Of a DNA stretch of 64,000 nucleotides, positions 45,830 through 55,498 are shown one piece after another (the stretch's first letter is position 1; every line of letters starts with the position of its first letter). The notes under the pieces are model-generated. The model was not told the DNA's origin and did not search any database. It saw nothing but the letters and a program-made list of their open reading frames with translations. Position numbers and translations under genes: made by a program. Source of the DNA: an uncultured Lachnospiraceae bacterium (lineage in GTDB: Bacteria; Bacillota; Clostridia; Christensenellales; UBA1242). The stretch is from the NCBI GenBank assembly GCA_964631405.1, contig CAZVYB010000001.1, positions 4,435 to 68,434 on the forward strand, read 5' to 3'.

Positions 45830-46057
45830 ATGGACTATCAAATAAAACAGCGTATGCAATACATTTTAGACGAGGATAAAATGCAAGACCCACAAAGGGT
45901 GTGCAAACTTTTGGAAGAGGACTTAAAAAGCGTGATTGAAAACTACCTTTCTCTCAGCGAAGATATAAAAGTGAGGTATAAAAAAGAAAACAATAAAAAA
46001 ATCTTTTTTGTAGAAATTCAAGCCCAAAGAATAAAGCCTTTCGGTTATGTCCCATAA
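45830..46057 (+). CDS. minE: MinE-like topological specificity factor (short N-terminus)
   Basis: Position directly after minD; QRMQYILDEDK and LEEDLKSVIENYLSLSEDIKV resemble the MinE core; the usual N-terminal membrane-targeting segment is not evident. Confidence 0.6.
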   Translation: MDYQIKQRMQYILDEDKMQDPQRVCKLLEEDLKSVIENYLSLSEDIKVRYKKENNKKIFFVEIQAQRIKPFGYVP

Positions 46058-46110
46058 AATTTGAAGAACAAAGTTGGTTTTAATTGAAACCAAAAAAGAA
46101 TAAAACGCAA

Positions 46111-46146
46111 AAAAACTCTTATGTTTCCATAAGAGTTTTCTTGTTT
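46111..46146. terminator. Bidirectional terminator between minE and the 2540-aa gene
   Basis: ACTCTTATG/CATAAGAGT 9-bp stem flanked by A-run and T-run. Confidence 0.85.
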
Positions 46147-49100
46147 TTAGTAAGTTCCCCAAGTTGGATACAAAGTTGCATTTCCAGCCACGGTGTAAGA
46201 AGTCAGTATTGTATAATTATCATTTGAAACACCGTTGGATATGTTTTTCACACCTTCGGTATTCCAAGTAAGCACCTTAAAGTTATAAGTTCCAGTAATT
46301 CTCATTGCTTGGTATGTGTATACGCAGGTTGAAGTGTATGCAGAAGGGTCAAAAGTTGTGCCTTCCAGAAGGGTGAGTGCGGAAACTGCTGTTGGTGCAG
46401 TTTTGCAAACAATTTTTCCCGTCCAAGCATTGTTGTTGTCCATCCATTCGTCACATTTTGTCCAACCAACATTGAATGTGATTGTGTAGTATTTCTTTGT
46501 TTCAACCGTCCAAACGGCTACGATAGAAAGGTCGCTGTTTGGCATCACGCTAGGCACTTCGCCAAGATTGCTATTTACAAGATATCCGACAAATGTATAA
46601 GTGATTTTTCTTGTTGTGCCGTCATCGTCATAGTATGTGCTTTGACTTGGCAGAGTAAGAGTCGCACCCTGCCATACCTTTTCGCTTGTGTCTTGCACCG
46701 TACCATAAGTTGACTTATAAGCGAGGGTGTATTGATTGCGGATATGCAAAGCAAGGTCGCCCTCAGGCATAGTGAAGTCGCCTTCGTAAAGGGTGGTGTA
46801 GTTGGCTTCTAAATAGAATTTGGTTGTGTCGTTCACTTTTGAAAGCCCAGAAAGGTCAATTGAATTGCCGGCAAGGATATATTTTGTGTAAATCACACTG
46901 CCGTTGTCATAAAGTTGAAGCATATGTGCCTCTTCGACATCGGCGACCTCCCATTTTGCATAGAGCGTCATGTCGGCACTTGGCATTGTGTAAGTTGTAA
47001 ATTCAGTTGTAAGGGTCTCGTCAGTATACCAGCCATCAAAGGTATAGATTGTCACAGAAGTTTCCGCCACTTCTTCTTTGATTGAAAGCGATGGAAGGGT
47101 GATGTTGCTTCCTTCAAGCCCTTTGATAGGTTCAATTGTTTCACTTGAATTTGTTACAAACGAGATAGTTCGATAATATTTTACATATTCATACCATTTT
47201 GCGTACAAAGTTTTGTCGCCTTTTGGAATGGTGTTGCCGGTAAACTCAGTGCCTTCGTCGAAGGTTGAAGTTGTATACCAACCTACAAATATTTTTGTCA
47301 CCTGCATTACGCCGTCATCAGTTTGCATTGGAGAAAGGGAAGGAAGGCTGAATTCTGTGCCATAAGCCCCAGAAATATCTTGCACTGTTTCGCCACCATT
47401 TTCTTCAAAGGTGATAGTGTAGATAATTTCACTTGCCTTTGACCAAGACCCGTTGCTTGCCTCCCATTCAGCGTCAAAGGCGTATTGATAGCCATTGACA
47501 TAGTCATAAAGTTTGCTCATATCAACAGCCTTGCCCCAGTCAACAAGCATGGTATCATCAGTTGAAAGAGTAAGTTCAAATACACTTGCAAGAGGCATAA
47601 ACATTTCAAGCCCAAGACTTTGAATGATAGATTCTCCCTCCTCATCAACCCCAAGACCAAGGTCAAGGGTGAGGGTATCAAGAAGTTCATTGTTTGCAAT
47701 TTCAGCCATGTTTAAAATGACTTCAAAGTTTTCTCCGTCCACAATAGTAAGACTGTTGACGGTGTTGTTAAGGTTGATAGGTTCTTCACGGTTCATTGCC
47801 TTTGAGAAAGAGTCTTCAATTGCAGACATGATGCTGTCGGAGAACCCAAGGGCATATTGGAAATAGTACATCGGATTTGCAAGCAGAGTTTCAACGGTGA
47901 TTTTGGTGCATTTTTCATAAGTTCTTGCGTCCCAACCAAAGAGTTGGTTGACAAGTTCTGTTCGGTAGATGTAAACAGCCCCGTCTTTCATATAGATTGT
48001 CACATATCTGCCTTTTCCGCCGTTTGTGTCACCAGTTTTATATGGTACATCGTTGTTAAGACCCACCACAACAGGGATTTCGCCCATAGTCATAAGCATT
48101 TCAATGTCGCCGTTGTTGTCCTTGATTTGAATATCAAAAGGAATGTTCCAAGAGATGTCAATTCCAATCAAAGTACCCACAACATCAAAACTGCCTGCGA
48201 TGTGGAAGTCTTTTTGCTTAGCCATGTTCAGGAAAGCCTCAACAAGGTCAAGCACATCGTCGAGAGAGGTGTAGATTGAGTTATCAATCACAGGGATTTC
48301 GCCTGTCACCGCACCGCCAATAATCATTCCACTTGCGTCTGTGGTTGCAAAATCAATTTGTGTTGCACCATTTATGATGGTGATAGTAATTCCACCAACG
48401 CCAATTTCAAGCCCGTTTTCAAGTTGGGTGAGGTGAGAGATAAGCACTGATGTGCTATTTGGGTTTATCACATCAAATATTGTGTCAATGATAGATGTTG
48501 TATCAATAATGTCTGCAATTTCAAATGTTATGTCCGCTTTTTCAAGCAGATTTTCAAGTGTTGCAGGCAGTGTTTCAAAGTCTGCTACAAGTTTGATAGA
48601 AGTTGCAAACTCAATATACACCTTTCCGCCATAGTACATGATTTTTACATTTGCACCTTGAATAACGGTGTTAAACTCAGCGTAAATGTCATTGATATCT
48701 GCTTTGTTTACATAATAGTCAACAACAATTGGTTCACTAAGCCCGATGTTCAAAGTTACGCTTCCACTGATTGCTTCGCTGTTTATGATATCAATAGCAT
48801 TTTCAATGGTAGGAAGAAGAGAAACCAGTTCAACGTAAGTGTCTTCGCTGACAGAAAGTGCAATGTCCTCAAATCCGATAAGTTCGCAATTTACATCAAA
48901 ACCACTTCCAATAAATGAGATATTTGAAAGAACTTTGTCGGTAAGAGTAAGCGAAATGTTGCCAATTTCCTTAATTGAAATTGTTGTGATATTGCCATCG
49001 ACCATAACTCCATCAAAGAATGAAAGGTCAAAAGCACTAAGGTCAATTACAAGCCCCAGTTCTTTGAGTTTTGCAAGAGGCTCTTTGCTGTTTTCTGTTT

Positions 49101-52100
49101 CGATGATAGAGTTTACAATTTGGGTAAGAGGAATTTCAATTCCAAACTTGTTTGCAAGCAAACTTTCAATTTTGTCAATGTCGCTTACGGCGAACTTAGC
49201 GTAGATGTTGCCAAGTTCAAGGTAAGCAACTTCGCCTTTGACGATGACATTGAAAGAAACATCATTTGCAAGAACACAAACCTTGATTTCTTTGTTTGCA
49301 ATGTCAAGGAAGAGTTTGCCGGAAGCAGAAGTTTGATTGTATTCAATTTCAAAGTCAAGCCCGATAAGCCCAGATTTAAGATAGTTGAGGGCACCTTCCG
49401 CAAGGTCAATGAACCCTTTGTTGATTGCCTTGCCGGCAATTGCAAGTATATTTTCAATGGTGTTGTATTCACTTTCAACAATTTCCATTCGCTCAATGCT
49501 GATGTCCCCACCAATGATAGAGATGTTTGCCGAATATTTGTCATACCCCATAGCCAATGAAAGTGCAGTAGAGCCATTTTCAATTGAAAGGGTGATGTTA
49601 TTCAAGATTTCAATGTCAAAGCCATTTGTAGTTTCAACAAAACCAGTTACAAGGAAAGGTTTTTCTTCATCGAAGAGAATTGCAAGGACAGCCCCGATAG
49701 CAGTTTGGATAGCCTCGCCACTATCTGGAATAGAATACCCAATCTCAGCAACAAAGTCACTGATAGCAGTAGGGAGATTGTCGATAGCAGAAACCAACTT
49801 GAATGTGTCAGCAAAGTTAATGAATACTTTTCCGTCAGCGTAAACGATAGAGATATTTCCGCCGTAGATAGAAGTAGAAAATTCAGCGTAGATGTCATTT
49901 GCATCTTTCTTGTCAACCACATAGTCAATGACAAGGTCGAAGCCGTCAATATTTGCCTCAATTTGTCCGCTGATAGTGTTTGAAGAAAGAATATCAATAG
50001 CATTTTCAAGCGTAGGGAAGAGTTTTGCAATGTCAACATATCTGTCCTCATTTGCAGAGAGAGCAAAGTCTTTAAAACCAACAAGGTCAACACTTGCAGT
50101 AATGCCATTTCCAACAAAGCCGATGTTTGAAAGAACTTTGTCGGTAAGGGTAAGAGAGATTTCTCCAACACCTTCAACAGGGATAGTAGTTGTGTTGCCA
50201 TCAACGACAATGCTGTCGAAGAAGCCAAGGTCAATGCTAGAAAGATTGATAATGATGCCAAGTTCGGCAAGTTTTGCAAGCGGAGCAGAAGAATTTTGGA
50301 TATCTTCAATTTCCTGCATAATTTCACTGATAGGAATTTCAATTCCAAACTTGTTTGCAAGCAAACTTTCAATCTTGTCAATGTCGCTTACGGCGAACTT
50401 AGCGTAGATGTTGCCAAGTTCAAGGTAAGCAACTTCGCCTTTGACGATGACATTGAAAGAAACATCATTTGCAAGAACACAAACCTTGATTTCTTTGTTT
50501 GCAATGTCAAGGAAGAGTTTGCCGGAAGCAGAAGTTTGATTGTATTCAATTTCAAAGTCAAGCCCGATAAGCCCAGATTTAAGATAGTTGAGGGCACCTT
50601 CCGCAAGGTCAATGAACCCTTTGTTGATTGCCTTGCCGGCAATTGCAAGTATATTTTCAATGGTGTTGTATTCACTTTCAACAATTTCCATTCGCTCAAT
50701 GCTGATGTCCCCACCAATGATAGAGATGTTTGCCGAATATTTGTCATACCCCATAGCCAATGAAAGTGCAGTAGAGCCATTTTCAATTGAAAGGGTGATG
50801 TTATTCAAGATTTCAATGTCAAAGCCATTTGTAGTTTCAACAAAACCAGTTACAAGGAAAGGTTTTTCTTCATCGAAGAGAATTGCAAGGACAGCCCCGA
50901 TAGCAGTTTGGATAGCCTCGCCACTATCTGGAATAGAATACCCAATCTCAGCAACAAAGTCACTGATAGCAGTAGGGAGATTGTCGATAGCAGAAACCAA
51001 CTTGAATGTGTCAGCAAAGTTAATGAATACTTTTCCGTCAGCGTAAACGATAGAGATATTTCCGCCGTAGATAGAAGTAGAAAATTCAGCGTAGATGTCA
51101 TTTGCATCTTTCTTGTCAACCACATAGTCAATGACAAGGTCGAAGCCGTCAATATTTGCCTCAATTTGTCCGCTGATAGTGTTTGAAGAAAGAATATCAA
51201 TAGCATTTTCAAGCGTAGGGAAGAGTTTTGCAATGTCAACATATCTGTCCTCATTTGCAGAGAGAGCAAAGTCTTTAAAACCAACAAGGTCAACACTTGC
51301 AGTAATGCCATTTCCAACAAAGCCGATGTTTGAAAGAACTTTGTCGGTAAGGGTAAGAGAGATTTCTCCAACACCTTCAACAGGGATAGTAGTTGTGTTG
51401 CCATCAACGACAATGCTGTCGAAGAAGCCAAGGTCAATTTTGCTAAGGTCAATCACAAGGCCAAGCCCGGCAAGAGTTGCGAAAGGGGTGTTGCTATTGA
51501 TGTTGTCGATAATTTCAACAACCATGCCAAGAGGAAGGTCGATGCCAAAACGGTCACTTAAAATTCTCTCAACTTCGACAAGGTCGCTGATGTGGAATTG
51601 AGCAAAAATGTTCGCAAATTCAAGATATACTGCTTTGTTTTGAGCGAGAATGCCCACTTCTTGCCCCTCAATATCAAGGACAAGTTTAAGAGATTTGTTC
51701 TTGAGGTTGAGTGCAAGGCTTCCGCAAAGAGGAGAGCCATTTATTTCAACTGCGAAATCAAAAGCCATATTCCCTTGAAGGGCATAGTTAATAATGCCTT
51801 CGGTTGCCCCAAGAAGCCCCGATTTAAAATATGCTTCTGTAAGATATAACATATCTTTAAATTGAGCAAACCTGCCCGCATTTTCAATGATAGGCATTTG
51901 CACGACTTGTTCACTGCCAAGAACTGACAGGTTGATTGCAAAGTCGCCATTTCCTGTTGAAATAAGGATTTTCTTTTCACTGTTTTGGGCGATAATTTCT
52001 AGACCTTCACTTGAAAGGATAAATCCGTCAGCTGTTTGCTCCAAACCTGTGAAAAGGGTATTGCCTCTGTTTACCAAAAGCCCGAGCCCGGCAAAGATTT

Positions 52101-53769
52101 GGGAGAGAGAGGAAAGTTCAACATCAAGTTCCAGTTCTGCCAAAAAGTCGTTAAGGTCATTTTGAAGGGTTGTCATATCAATAACGACCAAAGATTGCTC
52201 TGCAAAAGAGATGAAAACTTGGTTGTCAAGAAGTTCAATTTTAAGTTGCCCGCCAAGAATGTCGCCCCAGATAGAGCCGTACATCTCGCCAGCAATATTG
52301 AAAGAATATTCAAGAGGAATAGAAATTCCGCCAATTTCAAATATAATTTCGCCAGATAGGGTAGGAGATTGAAGGATAGAAATTGCATTTTCTGCCGTTG
52401 GGAGGAGAAGTGCAAGGTCGATGTAGTTTTCTTTTTTCATTGAAAGAGCATATTCTTTAAAGTCTTTTGTTTTCAAAACTGCACTGATGTCATGCCCGCT
52501 GTATGCAATTTTTGCAAGTTCGCCATTGTCAAGGGTGGTGATTCCAAAATCGCCAATTTCACGAAGGGTGAAAGCAGTCAAATTGCCCTTTGCAACAACA
52601 CTTTCAAGGATTGAAAGGTCGATGTCGCTAGGCGAAATGTTTATGTCAAAACTATTCATAATCGAAGCAATGTCACCATTTTTAAGTGCTTGCAAGATTT
52701 CGGTGATGGTGTCGAGTGGCACACTTATATCAAAATAGGTTTCAAGAATTTGATTTATTTGTTCAAATTCGCTGAGAGCAAAACTAGCAAAAATATTGCC
52801 ATATTCTATATATATAATGTTGTCAATTGCGAATAAACTCAATTTTTCGCCAAAAAGGTCAATGGTCGCCATTGAGGAAAGTCCCACAAGGTCGGCGTAT
52901 AAAGAGCCGTCAAGTTTATTGCCCATAAAATCAAAGTCAAAGTCAAAAGCAATGCCATCGTTGTTCATAAAACTAAGCACACTTTCGGCAGAGGCCAGAA
53001 GGTTTCCAACTTTGATATATTCGCTTTCAATCCTTTCTTCAATTTCAACAAACTCAGGGTAGGTGATTTTTGAAGAGAGGGAAAGGGAAGAGTTGTCGCC
53101 AAAAGCAATTTCAGGCAAAGCCATTTCTTGCACGCAATAGTCGAGGTCGCAGACGAGGTTGAGTTTGCCTACAACTGGCACATCAATCACGAGAGTGATT
53201 TCCTTGTCGCCCTTTTCTTCAGTGAAGTTTGTCAAAAATCCCAAAATCATTTCAGGGGATAAAGAAGAAAGGTCAAGCGAGCCAAGTTCAGGGACTTCAA
53301 TGTCAAGGATTTTCATGATTGACATGATAGGCTCAATGATAGTTGCCGTGTCAAGGGCAAGTCGCCCGCCAAACATATCAAAGAATGCAACGCCGTTTTG
53401 ATAGGAAAAATCAATGTTATATATCGTTGACGCTCTCGAAAGCCCAGCCTCGGCGATTTTGATAGAGCCGTCAAGAGCGAGATTTTCAAAACCGTTTGAA
53501 GTGTCCATTTCCATCGCGACATCTATTATATAGTTGTCACTGCCGGAGGATATGCCTGCCGAAAGGTTGATTTGCATTGCGTCCTCATTTGCAATGTTTT
53601 CATAAATGCTGGTCAGTTGCTCAGGGAGAGGCTCACTTTGACTGCCATTCATAGCATTTTGCATATTAGAAGCATTGTTCATGGAGATTGTGATAGCACC
53701 ATAAGCAGAGCCTATGGACATAACCATAAACAATAATGTATAGGATAGATATTTAAAAAACTTTCTCAT
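46147..53769 (-). CDS. 2540-aa secreted giant protein: signal peptide, ~5 tandem ~401-aa modules of unrecognised type, unique central domain, C-terminal Listeria-Bacteroides (Flg_new-type) repeats
   Basis: Uninterrupted 7.6-kb ORF. Signal MRKFFKYLSYTLLFMVMSIGSAYG/A. RBS AAGGAGA. Recurrent module landmarks (Y.E.GNI.A.F..S....I..L) and (ENAI.IL.S.T.SG). C-terminal FVGWYT..LYAKW and FDGWYT..LYAKW repeats. Confidence 0.9.
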   Translation of the reverse strand: MRKFFKYLSYTLLFMVMSIGSAYGAITISMNNASNMQNAMNGSQSEPLPEQLTSIYENIANEDAMQINLSAGISSGSDNYIIDVAMEMDTSNGFENLALDGSIKIAEAGLSRASTIYNIDFSYQNGVAFFDMFGGRLALDTATIIEPIMSIMKILDIEVPELGSLDLSSLSPEMILGFLTNFTEEKGDKEITLVIDVPVVGKLNLVCDLDYCVQEMALPEIAFGDNSSLSLSSKITYPEFVEIEERIESEYIKVGNLLASAESVLSFMNNDGIAFDFDFDFMGNKLDGSLYADLVGLSSMATIDLFGEKLSLFAIDNIIYIEYGNIFASFALSEFEQINQILETYFDISVPLDTITEILQALKNGDIASIMNSFDINISPSDIDLSILESVVAKGNLTAFTLREIGDFGITTLDNGELAKIAYSGHDISAVLKTKDFKEYALSMKKENYIDLALLLPTAENAISILQSPTLSGEIIFEIGGISIPLEYSFNIAGEMYGSIWGDILGGQLKIELLDNQVFISFAEQSLVVIDMTTLQNDLNDFLAELELDVELSSLSQIFAGLGLLVNRGNTLFTGLEQTADGFILSSEGLEIIAQNSEKKILISTGNGDFAINLSVLGSEQVVQMPIIENAGRFAQFKDMLYLTEAYFKSGLLGATEGIINYALQGNMAFDFAVEINGSPLCGSLALNLKNKSLKLVLDIEGQEVGILAQNKAVYLEFANIFAQFHISDLVEVERILSDRFGIDLPLGMVVEIIDNINSNTPFATLAGLGLVIDLSKIDLGFFDSIVVDGNTTTIPVEGVGEISLTLTDKVLSNIGFVGNGITASVDLVGFKDFALSANEDRYVDIAKLFPTLENAIDILSSNTISGQIEANIDGFDLVIDYVVDKKDANDIYAEFSTSIYGGNISIVYADGKVFINFADTFKLVSAIDNLPTAISDFVAEIGYSIPDSGEAIQTAIGAVLAILFDEEKPFLVTGFVETTNGFDIEILNNITLSIENGSTALSLAMGYDKYSANISIIGGDISIERMEIVESEYNTIENILAIAGKAINKGFIDLAEGALNYLKSGLIGLDFEIEYNQTSASGKLFLDIANKEIKVCVLANDVSFNVIVKGEVAYLELGNIYAKFAVSDIDKIESLLANKFGIEIPISEIMQEIEDIQNSSAPLAKLAELGIIINLSSIDLGFFDSIVVDGNTTTIPVEGVGEISLTLTDKVLSNIGFVGNGITASVDLVGFKDFALSANEDRYVDIAKLFPTLENAIDILSSNTISGQIEANIDGFDLVIDYVVDKKDANDIYAEFSTSIYGGNISIVYADGKVFINFADTFKLVSAIDNLPTAISDFVAEIGYSIPDSGEAIQTAIGAVLAILFDEEKPFLVTGFVETTNGFDIEILNNITLSIENGSTALSLAMGYDKYSANISIIGGDISIERMEIVESEYNTIENILAIAGKAINKGFIDLAEGALNYLKSGLIGLDFEIEYNQTSASGKLFLDIANKEIKVCVLANDVSFNVIVKGEVAYLELGNIYAKFAVSDIDKIESLLANKFGIEIPLTQIVNSIIETENSKEPLAKLKELGLVIDLSAFDLSFFDGVMVDGNITTISIKEIGNISLTLTDKVLSNISFIGSGFDVNCELIGFEDIALSVSEDTYVELVSLLPTIENAIDIINSEAISGSVTLNIGLSEPIVVDYYVNKADINDIYAEFNTVIQGANVKIMYYGGKVYIEFATSIKLVADFETLPATLENLLEKADITFEIADIIDTTSIIDTIFDVINPNSTSVLISHLTQLENGLEIGVGGITITIINGATQIDFATTDASGMIIGGAVTGEIPVIDNSIYTSLDDVLDLVEAFLNMAKQKDFHIAGSFDVVGTLIGIDISWNIPFDIQIKDNNGDIEMLMTMGEIPVVVGLNNDVPYKTGDTNGGKGRYVTIYMKDGAVYIYRTELVNQLFGWDARTYEKCTKITVETLLANPMYYFQYALGFSDSIMSAIEDSFSKAMNREEPINLNNTVNSLTIVDGENFEVILNMAEIANNELLDTLTLDLGLGVDEEGESIIQSLGLEMFMPLASVFELTLSTDDTMLVDWGKAVDMSKLYDYVNGYQYAFDAEWEASNGSWSKASEIIYTITFEENGGETVQDISGAYGTEFSLPSLSPMQTDDGVMQVTKIFVGWYTTSTFDEGTEFTGNTIPKGDKTLYAKWYEYVKYYRTISFVTNSSETIEPIKGLEGSNITLPSLSIKEEVAETSVTIYTFDGWYTDETLTTEFTTYTMPSADMTLYAKWEVADVEEAHMLQLYDNGSVIYTKYILAGNSIDLSGLSKVNDTTKFYLEANYTTLYEGDFTMPEGDLALHIRNQYTLAYKSTYGTVQDTSEKVWQGATLTLPSQSTYYDDDGTTRKITYTFVGYLVNSNLGEVPSVMPNSDLSIVAVWTVETKKYYTITFNVGWTKCDEWMDNNNAWTGKIVCKTAPTAVSALTLLEGTTFDPSAYTSTCVYTYQAMRITGTYNFKVLTWNTEGVKNISNGVSNDNYTILTSYTVAGNATLYPTWGTY
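47800..52960 (-). repeat. In-frame tandem array of ~1203-bp (401-aa) coding modules, variably diverged
   Basis: Period 1203 bp, deduced from duplicated alternative-frame ORFs in the track (for example 49185-49583 vs 50388-50786) and from reading the protein; the outer modules are clearly diverged. Confidence 0.75.
49129..51438 (-). repeat. Two adjacent modules identical over 1107 bp (49129-50235 and 50332-51438), 1 mismatch
   Basis: Direct comparison of sequence lines. Identity starts at AGGAATTTCAAT (49129/50332) and ends at AAGGTCAAT (50235/51438). The single difference is T/C at 49171/50374. The 96-bp junctions are diverged. Confidence 0.9.
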
Positions 53770-53784
53770 ACTTATCTCCTTTTG

Positions 53785-55197
53785 TTAGGCAATTTCTGGT
53801 AGGGCAGGAAGTTCTACGGGTTCATTTACAGTAAAATCAATATTGATAGTACCTGTGATAGTAGGACTTACGCCGATTTTTACCGCTTTATAAACTTCCA
53901 CAATGTCCATTTTGACAAGTTGCCAGTCGGGCGTAATTGTAAATGTTGTTTGCAGAGATTTAAACTCTGGATAACTTGAAAGCCCGCCAGTTCTTTGTAC
54001 CTGCTTGATGTAATTAAGCACGGCTTTGATTGTGTCAAGTTGAAGGGTGAAAACATAGTTGCCGTCGCCGTCCACAGTGATTTCACTTGAAGAAACAACG
54101 GTTTCTTCGCAAATAAGGTATGGTTGAATGTCGTTCACACGCACACCATTCAAAACACTATGCTCGTCAGTTGAATAAGTGTTGTTGTATGCCCAGTCTG
54201 CGGAACGATTTCCTTCAAGAATCTCGCCTTTGTAAGATTTAATACTATTTCCGCCCTTAGCGAGCACATCACACACTGCCACATCTCCAACCATTCCTGT
54301 TGTGTCAGGGCTTATGCTGACAAATGAATATTTTTCGCCGTCAAACTTTTTCTCACTATACATAAATTGGTCAACCACAAGCCCAAAAGTGTTTGCGGAA
54401 ATATTTCCAGTGCCGATAACACTATAAGAATTTGCATTTGCAATGTTGTATTGTGCAAGGACGAAATTGTCAACAGGCGATAGGTCGGCAGGGGTTTTGC
54501 CCATACCTTGGGCATAAGATACCCAATTGACCGCATCGCTCAAATCAATGCCTTCAAAATTGCGGGTGAGGGTGTCGTCAATGCTTTGGATATAGTCCTC
54601 AGGATTTCCCGCTTGTGAATAGTCAACATTTGATTTAAGGTTGTAGTTGAAATACCAAACGCCAAGCCCACTGCCCGTGAAGATGCCAAGCACCGACAAA
54701 ACTCCTATGACCTTCAATTTGTGCTTGAAGGTGGTTTTCTTATACTCTGCCTTTTTTGCTTCCTTCCTTGCCCGCCTTTCTTCTTTCTCACTCAAAACCT
54801 TTGATTTTTTGATTTCAGAAGCCGAAGAGGCGTCTTTCTTCCTATTTGCAAGGGGAACAGCCTTTGTCACGAAAACTTTTGATGATAAGTCCTCGTCCTC
54901 TTCAATTTCTTGCTCTTTCCCTTTGTTATAAAGGTGCTCAGCCATTGTAACTTCAATTTCTTTTAAGGTTTCTTCGCTGACCACATTTTCATCTTTATTC
55001 ATTGCCTTTTTTGCGGTGCTTTTGCCGGTATTTGTCCTCTGGCTTGTCTTGCTTTCCTCTTTTGCCTCTGCAAGGTATTCGTTCAACCCTTCGTCTGTTT
55101 TTTCCTCAACAAAAAGTGGCGTCCAAACTGACACCTCTCGTTTAGGTTTTTGTGTATTATTCAAAGCACTTCTCGTGCCCGTTCTTTTTTTAGCCAT
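53785..55197 (-). CDS. 470-aa type II membrane protein co-transcribed with the giant gene
   Basis: Lys/Glu-rich ~160-aa N-terminal region, single TM VIGVLSVLGIFTGSGLGVWYF, ~290-aa C-terminal domain with no recognisable motif; only 15 nt separate it from the giant gene. Confidence 0.8.
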   Translation of the reverse strand: MAKKRTGTRSALNNTQKPKREVSVWTPLFVEEKTDEGLNEYLAEAKEESKTSQRTNTGKSTAKKAMNKDENVVSEETLKEIEVTMAEHLYNKGKEQEIEEDEDLSSKVFVTKAVPLANRKKDASSASEIKKSKVLSEKEERRARKEAKKAEYKKTTFKHKLKVIGVLSVLGIFTGSGLGVWYFNYNLKSNVDYSQAGNPEDYIQSIDDTLTRNFEGIDLSDAVNWVSYAQGMGKTPADLSPVDNFVLAQYNIANANSYSVIGTGNISANTFGLVVDQFMYSEKKFDGEKYSFVSISPDTTGMVGDVAVCDVLAKGGNSIKSYKGEILEGNRSADWAYNNTYSTDEHSVLNGVRVNDIQPYLICEETVVSSSEITVDGDGNYVFTLQLDTIKAVLNYIKQVQRTGGLSSYPEFKSLQTTFTITPDWQLVKMDIVEVYKAVKIGVSPTITGTINIDFTVNEPVELPALPEIA

Positions 55198-55492
55198 GTA
55201 TCATGTTCTCCTATCAAAAGGGGACATATGCACACATTTGCTTTTGACATATTCAGTTGTATATATGCTTCACACCGCACTGGTGTGAAAAATTATCGTA
55301 AAAATTTAAGGAGCGTCAAAAGGTGACATATAAGTTTGAAATTGAGGGAGGGCTTTTGCAAGCCTGTCCCGATATCCCCTTAAAGTTAAAATTCAATATG
55401 TAGTCGACTGAAATTTGTTTGGTAAAACGAAGTTTGTTTGCCTTGTCCCAAAAGCCAAAAATTAAACTTTGCGAAGGACATATTTCTCAGTC
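55198..55492 (-). promoter_or_regulatory. ~295-nt 5' leader of the giant-protein operon (candidate cis-regulatory RNA)
   Basis: Distance from the consensus promoter to ATG 55197. Contains the perfect hairpin TTCACACC/GGTGTGAA (55269-89) and GGCTT/AAGCC. AAGGGGA (leader) can pair with UCCCCUU just 5' of the AGGAGA RBS. Confidence 0.45.
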
Positions 55493-55498
55493 AAGATT

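Noticed and set aside
47800-52960. Regularly spaced repeats that might suggest a CRISPR array or satellite
   Set aside because: The period is 1203 bp, the repeats are in frame and protein-coding, and there are no short repeat/spacer units. No cas genes are in the window.
47500-53550. Dozens of 60-250-aa ORFs on both strands in the six-frame track, several in identical pairs (for example 49185-49583 and 50388-50786; 49385-49843 and 50588-51046)
   Set aside because: All lie inside the uninterrupted 7.6-kb minus-strand ORF and have low-complexity, Leu/Ser-rich shadow-frame composition. The identical pairs simply reflect the 1203-bp DNA duplication.
55330-55460. c-di-GMP-I (GEMM) riboswitch in the giant-operon leader, prompted by AAGGCAAAC and GCAAAAGCC on the minus strand
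   Set aside because: The two segments are ~90 nt apart and lack the paired GNRA tetraloop/receptor hairpins and the ACGCAAAGC context, so the resemblance is too weak to call.
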